Shown one piece after another: positions 17,736-29,103 of a stretch of 64,000 nt of DNA. The notes under the pieces are model-generated. The model saw only the letters and a program-made list of their open reading frames with translations, was not told the origin of the DNA and searched no databases. Location: NCBI GenBank assembly GCA_965216755.1, contig CBDCGL010000011.1:3040001-3104000 (forward strand). Reading direction: 5' to 3'. Position 1 is the first letter of the stretch. The number at the start of each line of letters is the position of its first letter. This stretch comes from Alphaproteobacteria bacterium. GTDB lineage: Bacteria > Pseudomonadota > Alphaproteobacteria > UBA7887. Made by a program: the position numbers and the translations under genes.

Positions 17736-19037
17736 TGACCGACCTGAGAGATAGGTGACGTTTTGTACCGGACACATGGGTAACACTTTTGGCCGAATTC
17801 GTGGGGCCGGAGGTGTTGATGCCGTGGAAAGAGAGTTCGGTCATGGAAGAACGTCTACGTTTTGTCGCCCGCCTGTTAGAGGGCGAGCCAATGAGCGATG
17901 TCTGCCGTCAGTTCGGTATCTCGCGCAAGACAGGCTACAAAATCTACAATCGCTACAAGGAGCACGGGCTCGAAGCCCTCTGCGACCGCTCCCGCCGGCC
18001 GGTTCGCTATGCCAACCAATTGCCGGCACAGGTCGAAAGCCTGATCATCCGCTTCAAAAAGGAGAAACCCCATTGGGGCGCACGCAAGATCCGTGAGCTG
18101 CTCGTCCGCCGCCTGGCCGGGGATGTCCGCATCCCAGCCCAAAGTACCGTTCATGCCGTCCTCGACCGGCACGGCCTGGTCAAACGCAAAGGCCGGCCCC
18201 GCCGAAGAGCCAAAGGCACACCCCTGTCCGCTGGCACCGCACCCAATGATTTGTGGTGCACCGACTTCAAAGGCGAGTTCAGACTCGGCAACCGGCGGTA
18301 TTGTTACCCCTTGACCGTTACCGACCATGCCTCGCGCTTCGTCCTGATGTGCGAAGCTCTCGAGTCGACAAAGCAAGATCTCACTCTCACCGCCTTCGAA
18401 CGCCTGTTTGCTGAACGTGGCCTGCCCGCCGCCATCAGATCGGACAATGGCGTACCCTTCGCCAGCCCCAACGGTTTGTTCAATCTCTCCAAGCTCTCCG
18501 TCTGGTGGCTACGCCTCGGCATTCAGATCGAGCGCATCAAACCAGGCCATCCCCAAGAAAATGGCCGACACGAGCGCCTCCACCTTACTTTGAAAAAGGA
18601 AGCCACACGGCCGCCCGGCATGAACAGCCTGCAGCAGCAAGCACGCTTCGATGCCTTCGTTGACGAATTCAACACGGAACGACCCCACCAGGCCCTGGAC
18701 ATGAAACCACCAGACGAGGTCTACAAACCCTCAACCCGGCCCTATACCGGCGTCCCAGAGCTCGCCTACCCCTTTCACGATCGCGACATCCTGGTTACCA
18801 ATTGCGGCCGCATCTGCTTGCACCGCAAAAAAATCAATGTCTCAACCGTGCTCGCGGGGCAAAGGCTCGGCATCAAGGAAGTTGACGACGCCATTTGGCT
18901 CGTCAGCTTCATGCACTATGATCTCGGTTACGTCGATCTTGAACAGAGAACCCTGCAACCCCTCGACAACCCGTTCGGCGCGTGGTTGTCACCCATGTCT
19001 TAGGTACAAACTGTTACCTATGTCTCCGGGCTGGACC
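17736..19037 (+). mobile_element. IS481-family insertion sequence with 12-bp target-site duplication
   Basis: ctgcccgcagac on both flanks (17724-17735, 19038-19049); each end has two copies of an imperfect inverted motif (gacacatgggtaaca / tgttacctatgtctc). Confidence 0.9.
17819..19003 (+). CDS. IS481-family DDE transposase
   Basis: MPWKESSVMEERLRFV, HTH (GISRKTGYK), WCTDFKG, IRSDNG, NGRHER..TLKKE; uninterrupted frame. Confidence 0.95.
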   Translation: MPWKESSVMEERLRFVARLLEGEPMSDVCRQFGISRKTGYKIYNRYKEHGLEALCDRSRRPVRYANQLPAQVESLIIRFKKEKPHWGARKIRELLVRRLAGDVRIPAQSTVHAVLDRHGLVKRKGRPRRRAKGTPLSAGTAPNDLWCTDFKGEFRLGNRRYCYPLTVTDHASRFVLMCEALESTKQDLTLTAFERLFAERGLPAAIRSDNGVPFASPNGLFNLSKLSVWWLRLGIQIERIKPGHPQENGRHERLHLTLKKEATRPPGMNSLQQQARFDAFVDEFNTERPHQALDMKPPDEVYKPSTRPYTGVPELAYPFHDRDILVTNCGRICLHRKKINVSTVLAGQRLGIKEVDDAIWLVSFMHYDLGYVDLEQRTLQPLDNPFGAWLSPMS

Positions 19038-19055
19038 CTGCCCGCAGACGGAATT

Positions 19056-19131
<76 letters not shown>

Positions 19132-19211
19132 ACACAGTGACCGCGTCTGCCGCGCATGGTCGTCAATATTTGTCGATATCGCCGCATGTTACGCGAACCA
19201 GCGTCGATCTT

Positions 19212-19577
19212 TCATTCCTTTTCGCCCTCCTCCGGGACGGCGCTTTCCAGGACGTCGGCGACATCATCGTCATCTTCGCCGAGTTCGGACACATCTTCAA
19301 TAACATCGTCATCACTATCGTCGTCTTCGGCGGTGTCGTCATTGGCGACCGCCTTTTCCTTGGTCGCCGCCGCCGCGGTCACCGCGGTTTCTTTCTTGGC
19401 CTCGCGCGCGGCGCGTGCCGCACTCGACGAACGCGAGGACCGTTTGCTTTGCGTGGTGCTGGTATCAATCACTGCCTGACAAGATGGACAGGTCACCGGC
19501 GTCCGCCCAAAATCGTAGAACTTGGTCGCGCAGTTGGCGCATATGTGTTTCGAACCCCAGGCCGCATTTGCCACCAT
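19212..19577 (-). CDS. FYDLN_acid (TIGR02300-like) Zn-ribbon protein
   Basis: WGSKHICANCATKFYDFGRTPVTCPSC plus acidic tail; usual position divergent from aroA. Confidence 0.85.
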   Translation of the reverse strand: MVANAAWGSKHICANCATKFYDFGRTPVTCPSCQAVIDTSTTQSKRSSRSSSAARAAREAKKETAVTAAAATKEKAVANDDTAEDDDSDDDVIEDVSELGEDDDDVADVLESAVPEEGEKE

Positions 19578-19796
19578 TGAGCCTCCTTAAGTCCGCCATT
19601 TGCCGTATGGTCTGTTGCGGCGCCGCCATTGCCCCAGCGCGGCGCGGCTGCCCCCTTGCCATGAAGCGTCCCCCGCTGTCAAAGCAATTTGAACGGTCCG
19701 TCGGGGCGATGGTCGCATAGGTGCCGACGCTGTGATAGAGATGCCGCAATGGTTGGCAATTCGCAGAGTTCAATGCCGGTCCGGCGGCGCACATAA

Positions 19797-21131
19797 ATGA
19801 CCAGCTGGCAGTCGATGGCCGCGGGGCCCCTGACCGGTACGATCACCGCACCGGGCGATAAGTCGCTGTCTCACAGGGCGCTTATTTTTGGAACTTTGGC
19901 GAGCGGCGAAACGTTCATCGATGGCTTGCTTGAATCCGACGATGTCCTGCGCACGGCAGCCGCGTTAGGCGCCATGGGCGCCGCGATCGAGCGCGACGCA
20001 ACCGGCCAATGGCGGGTTCGCGGCGTCGGCGTCAGCGGCCTGCGCGCGCCAGACGACGTGATCGATCTTGGCAATAGCGGCACCGCGGCGCGCTTGTTGG
20101 CGGGGGTGATCGGCGGGCAAGCGATCACGGCCATCCTCACCGGCGACGCATCACTGCGGCGCCGCCCCATGGCGCGCGTGGCGACACCACTTAGGCAAAT
20201 GGGTGTGCGGCTGACCGGCCGCGCCGGCGACCGCTTGCCAATGATGATCGCCGGCACGGACCTGTTACTACCTGTCACCTATAACCTGCCGGTGGCCTCG
20301 GCCCAGGTTAAATCGGCGGTGCTGCTGGCCGGATTGGCCGCGCCCGGCACGACCACGGTGATCGAGGGTCAGCCGACGCGCGATCACACCGAACGCATGG
20401 CAGCGCTATTTGGCGCCGAAATTGCGACCACCAAGGATGGCGCTGGCTGTCGCGTAGCCATCACCGGTCAGCCGGAACTGACCGCGCAGCACCTTGATTT
20501 GCCCGGCGATCCGTCGTCAGCGGCGTTCATGTTGGTTGCCGCGGCAATGATTCCCGGGTCCGAGGTTACAGTCCGCCGGATCGGTTTCAATCCGGCCCGT
20601 ATCGGCCTATTCGAAACGCTCTCCGAAATGGGCGCCGATCTGACAATAACCCACACCGGCGAAAGCGCCGGCGAACCGGTCGCCGACGTCACCATCCGTG
20701 GTGGGCCGCTGCGCGGTGTTGATGTTCCAGCGGCGCGCGCGCCGCGCATGATCGATGAATACCCGATCTTGGCGGTCGCCGCCGCCGCCGCCGAAGGACC
20801 GACGACAATGCACGGCTTGGCCGAGCTTAAAGTCAAGGAAAGCGATCGCCTCAATGCGATCGCGGCTGGCTTGACCGCCTGTGGCGTGACCTGCGCGATT
20901 GCCGACGACAGTCTGACTGTTCAGGGGTGCGGTGGCGCGCCGCCGGGCGGCGGCCGCGTCACGACCCATCACGACCACCGCATCGCGATGGCTTTCCTAA
21001 TTTTGGGCATGGCGACGAAATCACGCGTCGCCGTCGATCATGTCGACATGATCGCCACGAGCTTTCCTGATTTTCGCGCAGCTTGCGCCGGCTTGGGCGC
21101 GCGCCTTGAAGACGCCCCTGCACCGCCATGA
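19797..21131 (+). CDS. aroA: 3-phosphoshikimate 1-carboxyvinyltransferase
   Basis: [35 protein letters not shown]. Confidence 0.97.
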   Translation: MTSWQSMAAGPLTGTITAPGDKSLSHRALIFGTLASGETFIDGLLESDDVLRTAAALGAMGAAIERDATGQWRVRGVGVSGLRAPDDVIDLGNSGTAARLLAGVIGGQAITAILTGDASLRRRPMARVATPLRQMGVRLTGRAGDRLPMMIAGTDLLLPVTYNLPVASAQVKSAVLLAGLAAPGTTTVIEGQPTRDHTERMAALFGAEIATTKDGAGCRVAITGQPELTAQHLDLPGDPSSAAFMLVAAAMIPGSEVTVRRIGFNPARIGLFETLSEMGADLTITHTGESAGEPVADVTIRGGPLRGVDVPAARAPRMIDEYPILAVAAAAAEGPTTMHGLAELKVKESDRLNAIAAGLTACGVTCAIADDSLTVQGCGGAPPGGGRVTTHHDHRIAMAFLILGMATKSRVAVDHVDMIATSFPDFRAACAGLGARLEDAPAPP

Positions 21132-21775
21132 TTATCGCCGTCGACGGACCGGCGGCAGCGGGCAAGGGCACTTTGGCGCGCCGCTTGGCCGACCATTTTG
21201 GTCTTGCCTATTTGGACACCGGGACGCTGTATCGTGCCACCGCAGCACGGCTGTTGCGCAGTGGTGATGACCCGAACAACCCGAACGCGGCGGCCGCGGC
21301 CGCCGGCGCTTTGGTTGCGGCCGATCTGCAATCACCCGATTTGCGCGCGGAACATGTCGGCCAAGCCGCATCGGTCGTCGCCGCCCACCACCCGGTGCGC
21401 GCCGCACTGTTGGCATATCAACGGAAATTTGCTGCGCAGCCGCCACAAAACAAGCGCGGCGCGGTGCTCGATGGTCGCGATATCGGCACCGTGGTGTTGC
21501 CGGACGCCGACGTCAAAATCTTTGTCACGGCAAGCCTTGAAGCGCGCGCAACGCGCCGCCATAAGGAGTTGCGGGCGCTTGGTCAGAAGAGTATAAGGGC
21601 TGATATCTTGCAAGAAATGCAGGATCGGGATACCCGTGATCGGGAAAGAGCTGCGGCGCCGCTCAAGCCTGCCCCTAATGCGTTTCTGTTGGATACGACG
21701 GCTCTCGATGCCGACGCCGCCTTTGAGGCGGCGCTGCTTTTTGTGACTTCTCGCCAATTGACCCCGGACAATTGA
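21128..21775 (+). CDS. cmk: Cytidylate kinase
   Basis: [30 protein letters not shown]. Confidence 0.96.
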   Translation: MIIAVDGPAAAGKGTLARRLADHFGLAYLDTGTLYRATAARLLRSGDDPNNPNAAAAAAGALVAADLQSPDLRAEHVGQAASVVAAHHPVRAALLAYQRKFAAQPPQNKRGAVLDGRDIGTVVLPDADVKIFVTASLEARATRRHKELRALGQKSIRADILQEMQDRDTRDRERAAAPLKPAPNAFLLDTTALDADAAFEAALLFVTSRQLTPDN

Positions 21776-21868
21776 CACACGAAAGGCCGAGACGCCGACC
21801 GCCAACAGAACGCGGCATGGCGCGACAAGCCGACGCCTGGCCGGAATATTGGGAGCACGTTTGCCAGC

Positions 21869-23632
21869 ATGAGCGACCCTATCGCCGAAACCGGTGTGGA
21901 AGCGGGCGCGGAAGAAAACTTCGCCGCGCTGTTTGAACAATCGATTGCCGACGCCAACAAAGTTGAGGGATCGGTGGTCGAAGGCCAAGTCATCGCGATC
22001 GAAAATGACATGGCGGTCATTGACGTCGGTTTGAAGGCGGAAGGCCGCGTCGCAATCAAGGAGTTCGCGCAGCCCGGCGGAGGCAAAACCGAACTCAGCA
22101 TCGGCGATACGGTCGAAGTGTTTTTGGAGCGGATCGAGAACCGCCATGGCGAGGCGGTGCTGAGTCGCGAACGGGCGCGTCGCGAAGAAGCGTGGGTTCT
22201 GCTGGAGACCGCGTTCCGTGACAATGCCCGTGTCGAGGGCGTGATCTTCGGCCGCGTCAAGGGCGGCTTCACGGTCGATCTGGGCGGCGCGGTGGCTTTT
22301 TTGCCCGGAAGTCAGGTCGATGTACGACCGATTCGCGACATCACGCCGTTGATGGGCAACAAGCAGCCATTCCAAATTCTGAAGATGGATCGGCGACGCG
22401 GGAACATCGTGGTGTCGCGGCGCGCGGTGATGGAAGAGACCCGCGCCGAAGCCCGCGCCGAATTGGTTTCAAACCTGAAGGAAGGCCAGATTCTGGAAGG
22501 CGTCGTCAAGAACATCACGGAATATGGCGCGTTTGTGGATTTGGGTGAAGTCGACGGCTTGTTGCATGTGACGGACATCGCCTGGCGGCGGGTGAATCAT
22601 CCGTCGGAAGTTCTGCAAATTGGTCAAACCGTCAAAGTTCAAGTGATTCGCTTCAACCCGGAAACCCAACGCATCAGCCTAGGCATGAAACAGCTTGAAG
22701 CGGACCCGTGGGACGGGGTCGAGGCCAAGTATCCGGTCGGTGTCAAGTTTACCGGCCGCGTCACCAACATCACCGACTATGGCGCGTTTGTTGAGCTTGA
22801 GCCGGGTGTCGAAGGCTTGGTGCATGTGTCCGAGATGAGCTGGACCAAAAAGAACGTGCATCCCGGCAAGATCGTGTCGACCAGCCAGCAAGTCGACGTC
22901 ATGGTGTTGGATGTCGACGGTCAGAAACGCCGAATCAGCTTGGGCCTCAAGCAATGTGTCGGCAATCCGTGGGAAGCGTTCCGCGACAGCCATCCGGTCG
23001 GTTCGGAAATCGAGGGCGAAGTTCGCAATATCACCGATTTCGGTTTGTTCATTGGCCTACCTGGCGATATCGACGGTTTGGTTCATATGTCCGACCTTGA
23101 TTGGGGCCGATCGGGCGAAGACGCCATCGGCGACTACAAGAAAAGCGATACAGTGCGCGCGCGTGTGCTGGATATCGACACCAGCAAAGAACGCATCAGC
23201 CTGGGTATCAAGCAGCTTTCGGAAGATCCGTATACTGAGGCCGTCGCCGGTTTGGCGAAGGGCAGCGTGGTCACCTGTATCGTGTCGGCGGTGTTGGACA
23301 ATGGAATCGAGGTCAAAGTCAACGACGACGTGACCGGTTTTGTGCGCAAGGCCGATCTGTCGCGCGACCGCGCCGATCAACGACCGGACCGGTTTGCGGT
23401 CGGCGACCGGGTTGACGCCAAGATCACGCAATTGGACCAGGGCAGCCGGCGCATGACCTTGTCGATCAAAGCGCTTGAAATCCAAGAAGAGAAACAGGCG
23501 ATGGCGGAATATGGCTCATCGGACAGCGGCGCCAGCCTGGGCGATATTCTGGGGGCGGCCATGACCAAGGCCGGCTTGCGACGTGAAGAGCTGGAATCCA
23601 ACACGGACGACAGCGACAAGGACGACGAATAA
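21869..23632 (+). CDS. rpsA: 30S ribosomal protein S1
   Basis: Six S1 repeats (YGAFVDLG..DGLLHVTD, RISLGMKQL). Confidence 0.98.
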   Translation: MSDPIAETGVEAGAEENFAALFEQSIADANKVEGSVVEGQVIAIENDMAVIDVGLKAEGRVAIKEFAQPGGGKTELSIGDTVEVFLERIENRHGEAVLSRERARREEAWVLLETAFRDNARVEGVIFGRVKGGFTVDLGGAVAFLPGSQVDVRPIRDITPLMGNKQPFQILKMDRRRGNIVVSRRAVMEETRAEARAELVSNLKEGQILEGVVKNITEYGAFVDLGEVDGLLHVTDIAWRRVNHPSEVLQIGQTVKVQVIRFNPETQRISLGMKQLEADPWDGVEAKYPVGVKFTGRVTNITDYGAFVELEPGVEGLVHVSEMSWTKKNVHPGKIVSTSQQVDVMVLDVDGQKRRISLGLKQCVGNPWEAFRDSHPVGSEIEGEVRNITDFGLFIGLPGDIDGLVHMSDLDWGRSGEDAIGDYKKSDTVRARVLDIDTSKERISLGIKQLSEDPYTEAVAGLAKGSVVTCIVSAVLDNGIEVKVNDDVTGFVRKADLSRDRADQRPDRFAVGDRVDAKITQLDQGSRRMTLSIKALEIQEEKQAMAEYGSSDSGASLGDILGAAMTKAGLRREELESNTDDSDKDDE

Positions 23633-23711
23633 CCGACAGAAACCGCCATGCGGCGCGGTCCCGATTTCGCCGCGCGCAATTCGCCAATAGGGGCACAGTG
23701 ACGGCTTCGAT

Positions 23712-24701
23712 ATGAGCGAGGTTACGGGACCGTCGGCAGCGCAAGATCCGGGCAGCGGCACTGCGCGCGGGTTGGATGGCACGGGCGAACCCGTATACAC
23801 GGCCCCTGCGGATGCCGCCATTGATCGCCGGCGCCTCAAACGGTCTGTTGCGGTCTGGCGCATCGTGGCCGTGATCGCCGTTGTCGCGGCGATCGCCGTC
23901 GCCGTTGACAAAGTGGCGCCGCTGTCAGTGGGCCGTCACGTTGCCGTTCTCACGGTCGAGGGCATCATCTTAAGCGATCGCTATTTAGAGAAAGCGATCA
24001 GCGACTTGGCCAAGAATGACAGTGCGGTCGCGGTGATCGTACGCATCGATAGCCCGGGCGGCTCGACCTTTGCCAGCGAAACATTGTACCAGCGCATTCG
24101 CACGGTGGCCGAAACCAAACCGGTCGTCGCGGTGATGGAAAATGTCGCGGCATCAGGCGGTTACATGACGGCCATCGCGGCTGATCACATCTTGGCCGGC
24201 GACAGCACCATTACCGGCTCGATCGGCGTCATTTTGGAAGCCACCAATGTGGTGGGACTTTTGGAGAAGTTGGGCATCGAAAACGAGCCGATTAAGAGCG
24301 CGCCGCTGAAAGCGCAGCCGAACCCGTTCGAACGCATGACCCCGGCTGCGCGGCAGGCGACCCAAAACCTGGTCGACGAGGTCTATGAAATGTTCGTCGA
24401 TATGGTTGCCGAACGTCGTGGCCTCAGCGAGGCTCAGACCAAGGCGGTTTCCGATGGCCGCGTCTTTACCGGCCGCACCGCGCTGCAAAACGGTCTGATC
24501 GACGGCATTGGCCATGTGAGCGCGGCGCGCGAATGGCTCAGCACGACCCACAATGTCGACCAGGACCTGCCGGAACGCGATGTCGAGGTCGACTATCCGG
24601 ATCGGTTTGTCGATCAGCTAACCGCGCGCATATTTGGAAAATCCTATTTGCCAGAAAGACTTACCCTTGACGGGCTGATTTCGCTCTGGCACGCTAGTTA
24701 G
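23712..24701 (+). CDS. sppA: Signal peptide peptidase SppA (S49)
   Basis: RIDSPGG, AASGGY, TGSIGV. Confidence 0.93.
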   Translation: MSEVTGPSAAQDPGSGTARGLDGTGEPVYTAPADAAIDRRRLKRSVAVWRIVAVIAVVAAIAVAVDKVAPLSVGRHVAVLTVEGIILSDRYLEKAISDLAKNDSAVAVIVRIDSPGGSTFASETLYQRIRTVAETKPVVAVMENVAASGGYMTAIAADHILAGDSTITGSIGVILEATNVVGLLEKLGIENEPIKSAPLKAQPNPFERMTPAARQATQNLVDEVYEMFVDMVAERRGLSEAQTKAVSDGRVFTGRTALQNGLIDGIGHVSAAREWLSTTHNVDQDLPERDVEVDYPDRFVDQLTARIFGKSYLPERLTLDGLISLWHAS

Positions 24702-24788
24702 GCAGTCCAAAAGTCATTGGCATGGTGTCGAACGCCACTTACGGAGAGCGGCAGTGTCAGTGACCGCGCGGCGCGGAACGTGGGGACC

Positions 24789-25076
24789 ATGACCAAATCA
24801 GAATTGATCCTTCGCTTGGCCGAAGAAAACCCGCACTTGTTTCAACGCGATATTGAACGCATCGTGACCACGGTGTTCGACGAGATTTCGGCGGCGTTGG
24901 CGCGCGGCGATCGTGTCGAACTGCGCGGTTTCGGTGCCTTTTCCGTTAAGGCGCGCGAGGCCCGTATTGGGCGTAATCCGCGCACTGGCGAAGCCGTGCG
25001 GGTGCCGCAAAAGCACATTCCGTTCTTTAAGTCGGGCAAGGAACTGCGTGAACGGGTCAACAACTCGAACCAATAG
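24789..25076 (+). CDS. ihfB: Integration host factor subunit beta
   Basis: [40 protein letters not shown]. Confidence 0.96.
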   Translation: MTKSELILRLAEENPHLFQRDIERIVTTVFDEISAALARGDRVELRGFGAFSVKAREARIGRNPRTGEAVRVPQKHIPFFKSGKELRERVNNSNQ

Positions 25077-25133
25077 CGCGCGCGTCTCAAGGACTGGCAA
25101 GACCACTGTCGGATGGTCGTGCCAGTGGTGACA

Positions 25134-25457
25134 ATGAAATATGTGAGCCGATCAGTCGCCGGTGTCATTGCGGTTGTGATTGTGGTGTTTGCAATTGCCA
25201 ATCGCGGTGACGTGGTTGTGAGCTTTTCGCCATTGCCGTTCACGGTGCAAATTCCCCTGTACGCCGTGTTGTTGGCAACCGCGGCACTGGGGGCCTTGGC
25301 AGGCGGCGTCGGTGCCTGGTTTGCCGCCGGCCGCGTACGCGCCCGGGCACGGCGTCAAAGACGGCAAATTCAGAGCCTGGAGGACGAGCTGACCGCGGCG
25401 GTGCGCGGCCACGGCAATCGCCAAGTGGTGGCCCATGCAACCGGCGACAATGGTTGA
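25134..25457 (+). CDS. lapA: LapA (DUF1049) family membrane protein
   Basis: VVFAIANR...PLPF...second TM, basic tail; located between ihfB and pyrF. Confidence 0.8.
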   Translation: MKYVSRSVAGVIAVVIVVFAIANRGDVVVSFSPLPFTVQIPLYAVLLATAALGALAGGVGAWFAAGRVRARARRQRRQIQSLEDELTAAVRGHGNRQVVAHATGDNG

Positions 25458-25556
25458 ACGCGGCGGTTGAACGCGGCGGTCACCAATAAACGTGCTGGTG
25501 AATGACGGTCGCGCCATCGCGTGGGTCAAGACTCCCGAGCGCCGAAGGATTTGATC

Positions 25557-26300
25557 ATGACGAGCGATCGCGCGCGACACATCATTTGCGCCATCGACAC
25601 CGGCGATTTGGATGTCGCCGTTGATCTGGCGCGACGTTTGGATGGCACGGTCGGCGCCGTCAAGCTGGGCTTAGAGTTTTTCGCCGCGCAAGGCCCGGCC
25701 GGTGTGCATCGGGTGGCGAAGGCCGGCCCGCCGATTTTTCTCGATCTGAAGCTGCACGACATCCCCAACACCGTGGCTGGCGCCATGCATATGGCGGCAG
25801 CAACCCGTCCGTTCATGGTGACGGTGCATGCATCCGGTGGCGCCGCCATGATGCGCGCCGCTGCCGCCGCCAGCTTGCCGGCCGCCCACGATGTTGACTA
25901 TCCACGGCCTTTGGTTGTTGGTGTCACCGTTCTGACCAGTTTCGACAATGACGATGTGCGCGACGTGGGGATGACCGGGCCATTGACCGATCAGGTCAAG
26001 AGGCTGGCGGATCTGGCCCAGACCTGCGGGCTGGACGGCGTCGTCACGTCGGCCCGCGAAGTCGCGATGCTGCGTGCCCAATGCGGCCCCGACTTCCTTT
26101 TGGTCGTCCCGGGCATTCGTCCCGGCTGGGCGACCGCGAATGATCAAAAGCGCATTGTCACGCCCAACCAGGCGTTGGCCGCAGGCGCGGACTATCTGGT
26201 GATTGGCCGCCCAATCACGCGCGCGCACGATCCGCTCGATGCGGCCCGAAGGATTGCCGCGGACATGGCCGGTATCTCCGAGGGACACAGCCGTGGATAG
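25557..26300 (+). CDS. pyrF: Orotidine-5'-phosphate decarboxylase
   Basis: FLDLKLHDIPNTV, VTVLTS, PGIRP, DQKRI. Confidence 0.96.
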   Translation: MTSDRARHIICAIDTGDLDVAVDLARRLDGTVGAVKLGLEFFAAQGPAGVHRVAKAGPPIFLDLKLHDIPNTVAGAMHMAAATRPFMVTVHASGGAAMMRAAAAASLPAAHDVDYPRPLVVGVTVLTSFDNDDVRDVGMTGPLTDQVKRLADLAQTCGLDGVVTSAREVAMLRAQCGPDFLLVVPGIRPGWATANDQKRIVTPNQALAAGADYLVIGRPITRAHDPLDAARRIAADMAGISEGHSRG

Positions 26301-26973
26301 CCCGATCCCGGCAACGATCGCAGTCAAAATCTGCGGCTTGTCGAGCGCGGACGCGGTCGACGCCGCCGTCGAAGGCGGCGCGGCGTTCGCTGGTTTTGTG
26401 TTCTATCCGCCATCCCCGCGCCACATACCCGCGGCCGCGGCGGCTGCATTGATCGCCAGGCTGCCGGCATCGGTCACGCCGGTCGGCGTGTTTGTCGATC
26501 CGGATGATGATCAGCTTGACAACGCGCTGGCCGCGGCCCCATTGCGGCTGATCCAATTGCATGGTTATGAATCGCCGGCACGCGTGGCGGCCCTGCGCGC
26601 GCGCCTTGGCATACCGATCATGAAAGCGCTACCTGTCGCCTCGGCCGACGATGTCGCCGCCGCGCACGCCTATGACACGGTTGCCGATCGATTGTTGTTC
26701 GACGCCAAGCCGCCGTTGTTGCCAGAAGGCGCCGGCGCGCAATTGCCCGGTGGCAATGGTTTGGCGTTTGATTGGCAATTGCTTGCGGCGGCGCCGCCGC
26801 GCGGGCGGTGGATGTTATCCGGCGGCCTGAACGCCGCGAATCTCGCCGATGCCGTGCGCATTTCGGGCGCCGAAGCCGTCGATGTTTCATCGGGGGTCGA
26901 ATCGCGGCCTGGCCAGAAAAATCTTGCCTTGATCAGCACGTTTCTGGCACAAGCCGCGGCTCTGGCGACGTAG
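26293..26973 (+). CDS. trpF: Phosphoribosylanthranilate isomerase
   Basis: VKICGL, IQLHG, LSGGLN, VDVSSGVE. Confidence 0.95.
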   Translation: MDSPIPATIAVKICGLSSADAVDAAVEGGAAFAGFVFYPPSPRHIPAAAAAALIARLPASVTPVGVFVDPDDDQLDNALAAAPLRLIQLHGYESPARVAALRARLGIPIMKALPVASADDVAAAHAYDTVADRLLFDAKPPLLPEGAGAQLPGGNGLAFDWQLLAAAPPRGRWMLSGGLNAANLADAVRISGAEAVDVSSGVESRPGQKNLALISTFLAQAAALAT

Positions 26974-27052
26974 ATTCCGCTATGCACACGGCCGTCAGCG
27001 TGCATGATGCGGGCTGTTTTGACAGCACATAACACGCATTCGCCCCAAGCGC

Positions 27053-28264
27053 ATGAAACCTTTGAACACCTATCGCGACGGCCCTGACGAACAAGGTCAT
27101 TTCGGTATCTTTGGCGGCCGCTATGTCGCCGAGACCTTGATGCCGCTGATCCTGGATCTGGAAACCGCCTACAATACAGCCAAGACCGACCCGACATTCG
27201 CCGACGAACTGCGTTATTGGCTGAAACACTACGTCGGCCGACCGAGTCCGCTCTATTACGCGCAAAGGCTGACCGCGCATCTCGGCGGCGCCAAGATCTA
27301 TTTCAAGCGCGACGAGCTCAACCACACGGGCGCCCACAAAATCAACAACTGCATTGGGCAGATCTTGCTTGCCAAACGCATGGGCAAAACGCGAATCATC
27401 GCGGAGACCGGCGCCGGCCAACACGGCGTGGCAACCGCCACCGTGTGCGCGCTGTTTGGCCTGCCATGCGTCGTATACATGGGCGCGGTCGATATCGCCC
27501 GGCAGCAACCCAACGTGTTCCGCATGAAACTGCTCGGCGCCGAAGTGGTGCCGGTCACGTCGGGCGCGCATACCCTCAAAGACGCCATGAACGAGGCCTT
27601 GCGCGATTGGGTGACGAACGTCGCCGATACCTATTACATCATCGGCACAGTGGCTGGGCCGCATCCCTATCCGGAATTGGTGCGCGACTTTCAATCGGTG
27701 ATCGGCGACGAGGTACGCGAACAGATCATGGAGCAGGAAGGTCGCCTGCCAGATAGCCTGGTCGCTTGCATCGGCGGCGGCTCGAATGCCATGGGGCTAT
27801 TCCATCCGTTCTTGGACGACACCGACGTGAACATCATTGGCGTGGAAGCAGGTGGCGAAGGCGTTGAAACGGGCCGTCATGCGGCCTCTCTCAGTGCCGG
27901 TCGACCTGGCGTATTGCACGGCAATCGCACCTATCTGTTGCAGGATGATGACGGCCAAATCGTTGAAGCCCATTCCATTTCAGCCGGGCTGGATTATCCG
28001 GGGATCGGCCCCGAACATGCTTGGCTGCACGACGTCGGTCGCGTGACGTACGCGTCGGTCACGGACGCCGAGGCCTTGGACGCGTTTCAGCTCTGCTCGC
28101 GTTTGGAAGGGATCATTCCGGCACTGGAACCGGCGCACGCCTTGGCCTATGTGATCAAGCATGCGCCGACCTTGCCGGAAGACCATATCTTGGTGATGAA
28201 CTTGTGTGGCCGGGGCGATAAGGACATCTTCGCAGTCGCCGAGTCGCTGGGTGTGACCTTGTGA
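27053..28264 (+). CDS. trpB: Tryptophan synthase beta subunit
   Basis: [27 protein letters not shown]. Confidence 0.98.
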   Translation: MKPLNTYRDGPDEQGHFGIFGGRYVAETLMPLILDLETAYNTAKTDPTFADELRYWLKHYVGRPSPLYYAQRLTAHLGGAKIYFKRDELNHTGAHKINNCIGQILLAKRMGKTRIIAETGAGQHGVATATVCALFGLPCVVYMGAVDIARQQPNVFRMKLLGAEVVPVTSGAHTLKDAMNEALRDWVTNVADTYYIIGTVAGPHPYPELVRDFQSVIGDEVREQIMEQEGRLPDSLVACIGGGSNAMGLFHPFLDDTDVNIIGVEAGGEGVETGRHAASLSAGRPGVLHGNRTYLLQDDDGQIVEAHSISAGLDYPGIGPEHAWLHDVGRVTYASVTDAEALDAFQLCSRLEGIIPALEPAHALAYVIKHAPTLPEDHILVMNLCGRGDKDIFAVAESLGVTL

Positions 28265-29103
28265 CCGCCGGCACGGCGATAACAGGACGCATCGAAAAGC
28301 GTTTTGCAGCCTTGCGCGAAGCCGGCCGGGCCGGATTGGTCACTTTTGTCACCGCCGGCGACCCAAACGCCGATGTTGGCGCCGCCATCCTCGAAGGCTT
28401 GCCGGACGCGGGTGCCGACATCATCGAACTGGGCATGCCATTCACGGATCCGATGGCGGACGGACCGGCGATTCAGGCGGCCGGCCTGCGCGCCTTGGCC
28501 GCCGGTCAAACACTCAAACGCACCCTCGCCATGGTGCGCAGCTTTCGCGAGCGTGACGACGCCACCCCGGTCGTGCTGATGGGCTATTACAACCCGATCT
28601 ACAGCTACGGCGTGGCGCCGTTCTTGACCGACGCCCTTGACGCCGGCGTCGATGGCCTGATTGTGGTTGATCTGCCACCCGAGGAAGACGAGGAACTGTG
28701 TTTGCCGGCCCTGAATGCGGGCTTGCGTTTCATTCGATTGGCGACGCCGACCACCGACGACGCGCGCTTGCCCGCCGTACTCAACCACACATCCGGCTTC
28801 GTCTACTACGTGTCCATCACCGGCATCACGGGTACACGTAGCGCTGCAACGGTTACCGTCGACAAGGCGGTCGGCCGCTTGCGTCGACACACCGATTTAC
28901 CGATCGCAGTTGGTTTTGGTATCAAAACGCCGGACCAGGCGGCCGCCATCGCGCGCGTCGCCGATGCCGCCGTGGTCGGCTCCGCCCTGGTCGAACAAGT
29001 ACGCCAAACGCAAGAAAGCGGCGCCGACGCGGTCGCGGCGGTACTTGGCTTGGTCCACGATCTCGCGGCCGGTGTGCGCGCGGCACGCATGGAGACGACA
29101 TGA
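28261..29103 (+). CDS. trpA: Tryptophan synthase alpha subunit
   Basis: [30 protein letters not shown]. Confidence 0.97.
   Translation: MTAGTAITGRIEKRFAALREAGRAGLVTFVTAGDPNADVGAAILEGLPDAGADIIELGMPFTDPMADGPAIQAAGLRALAAGQTLKRTLAMVRSFRERDDATPVVLMGYYNPIYSYGVAPFLTDALDAGVDGLIVVDLPPEEDEELCLPALNAGLRFIRLATPTTDDARLPAVLNHTSGFVYYVSITGITGTRSAATVTVDKAVGRLRRHTDLPIAVGFGIKTPDQAAAIARVADAAVVGSALVEQVRQTQESGADAVAAVLGLVHDLAAGVRAARMETT

Noticed and set aside
25452-25480. 13-bp tandem duplication ggttgaacgcggc at the lapA stop
   Set aside because: Two copies only; most simply a slippage duplication with no evident function.
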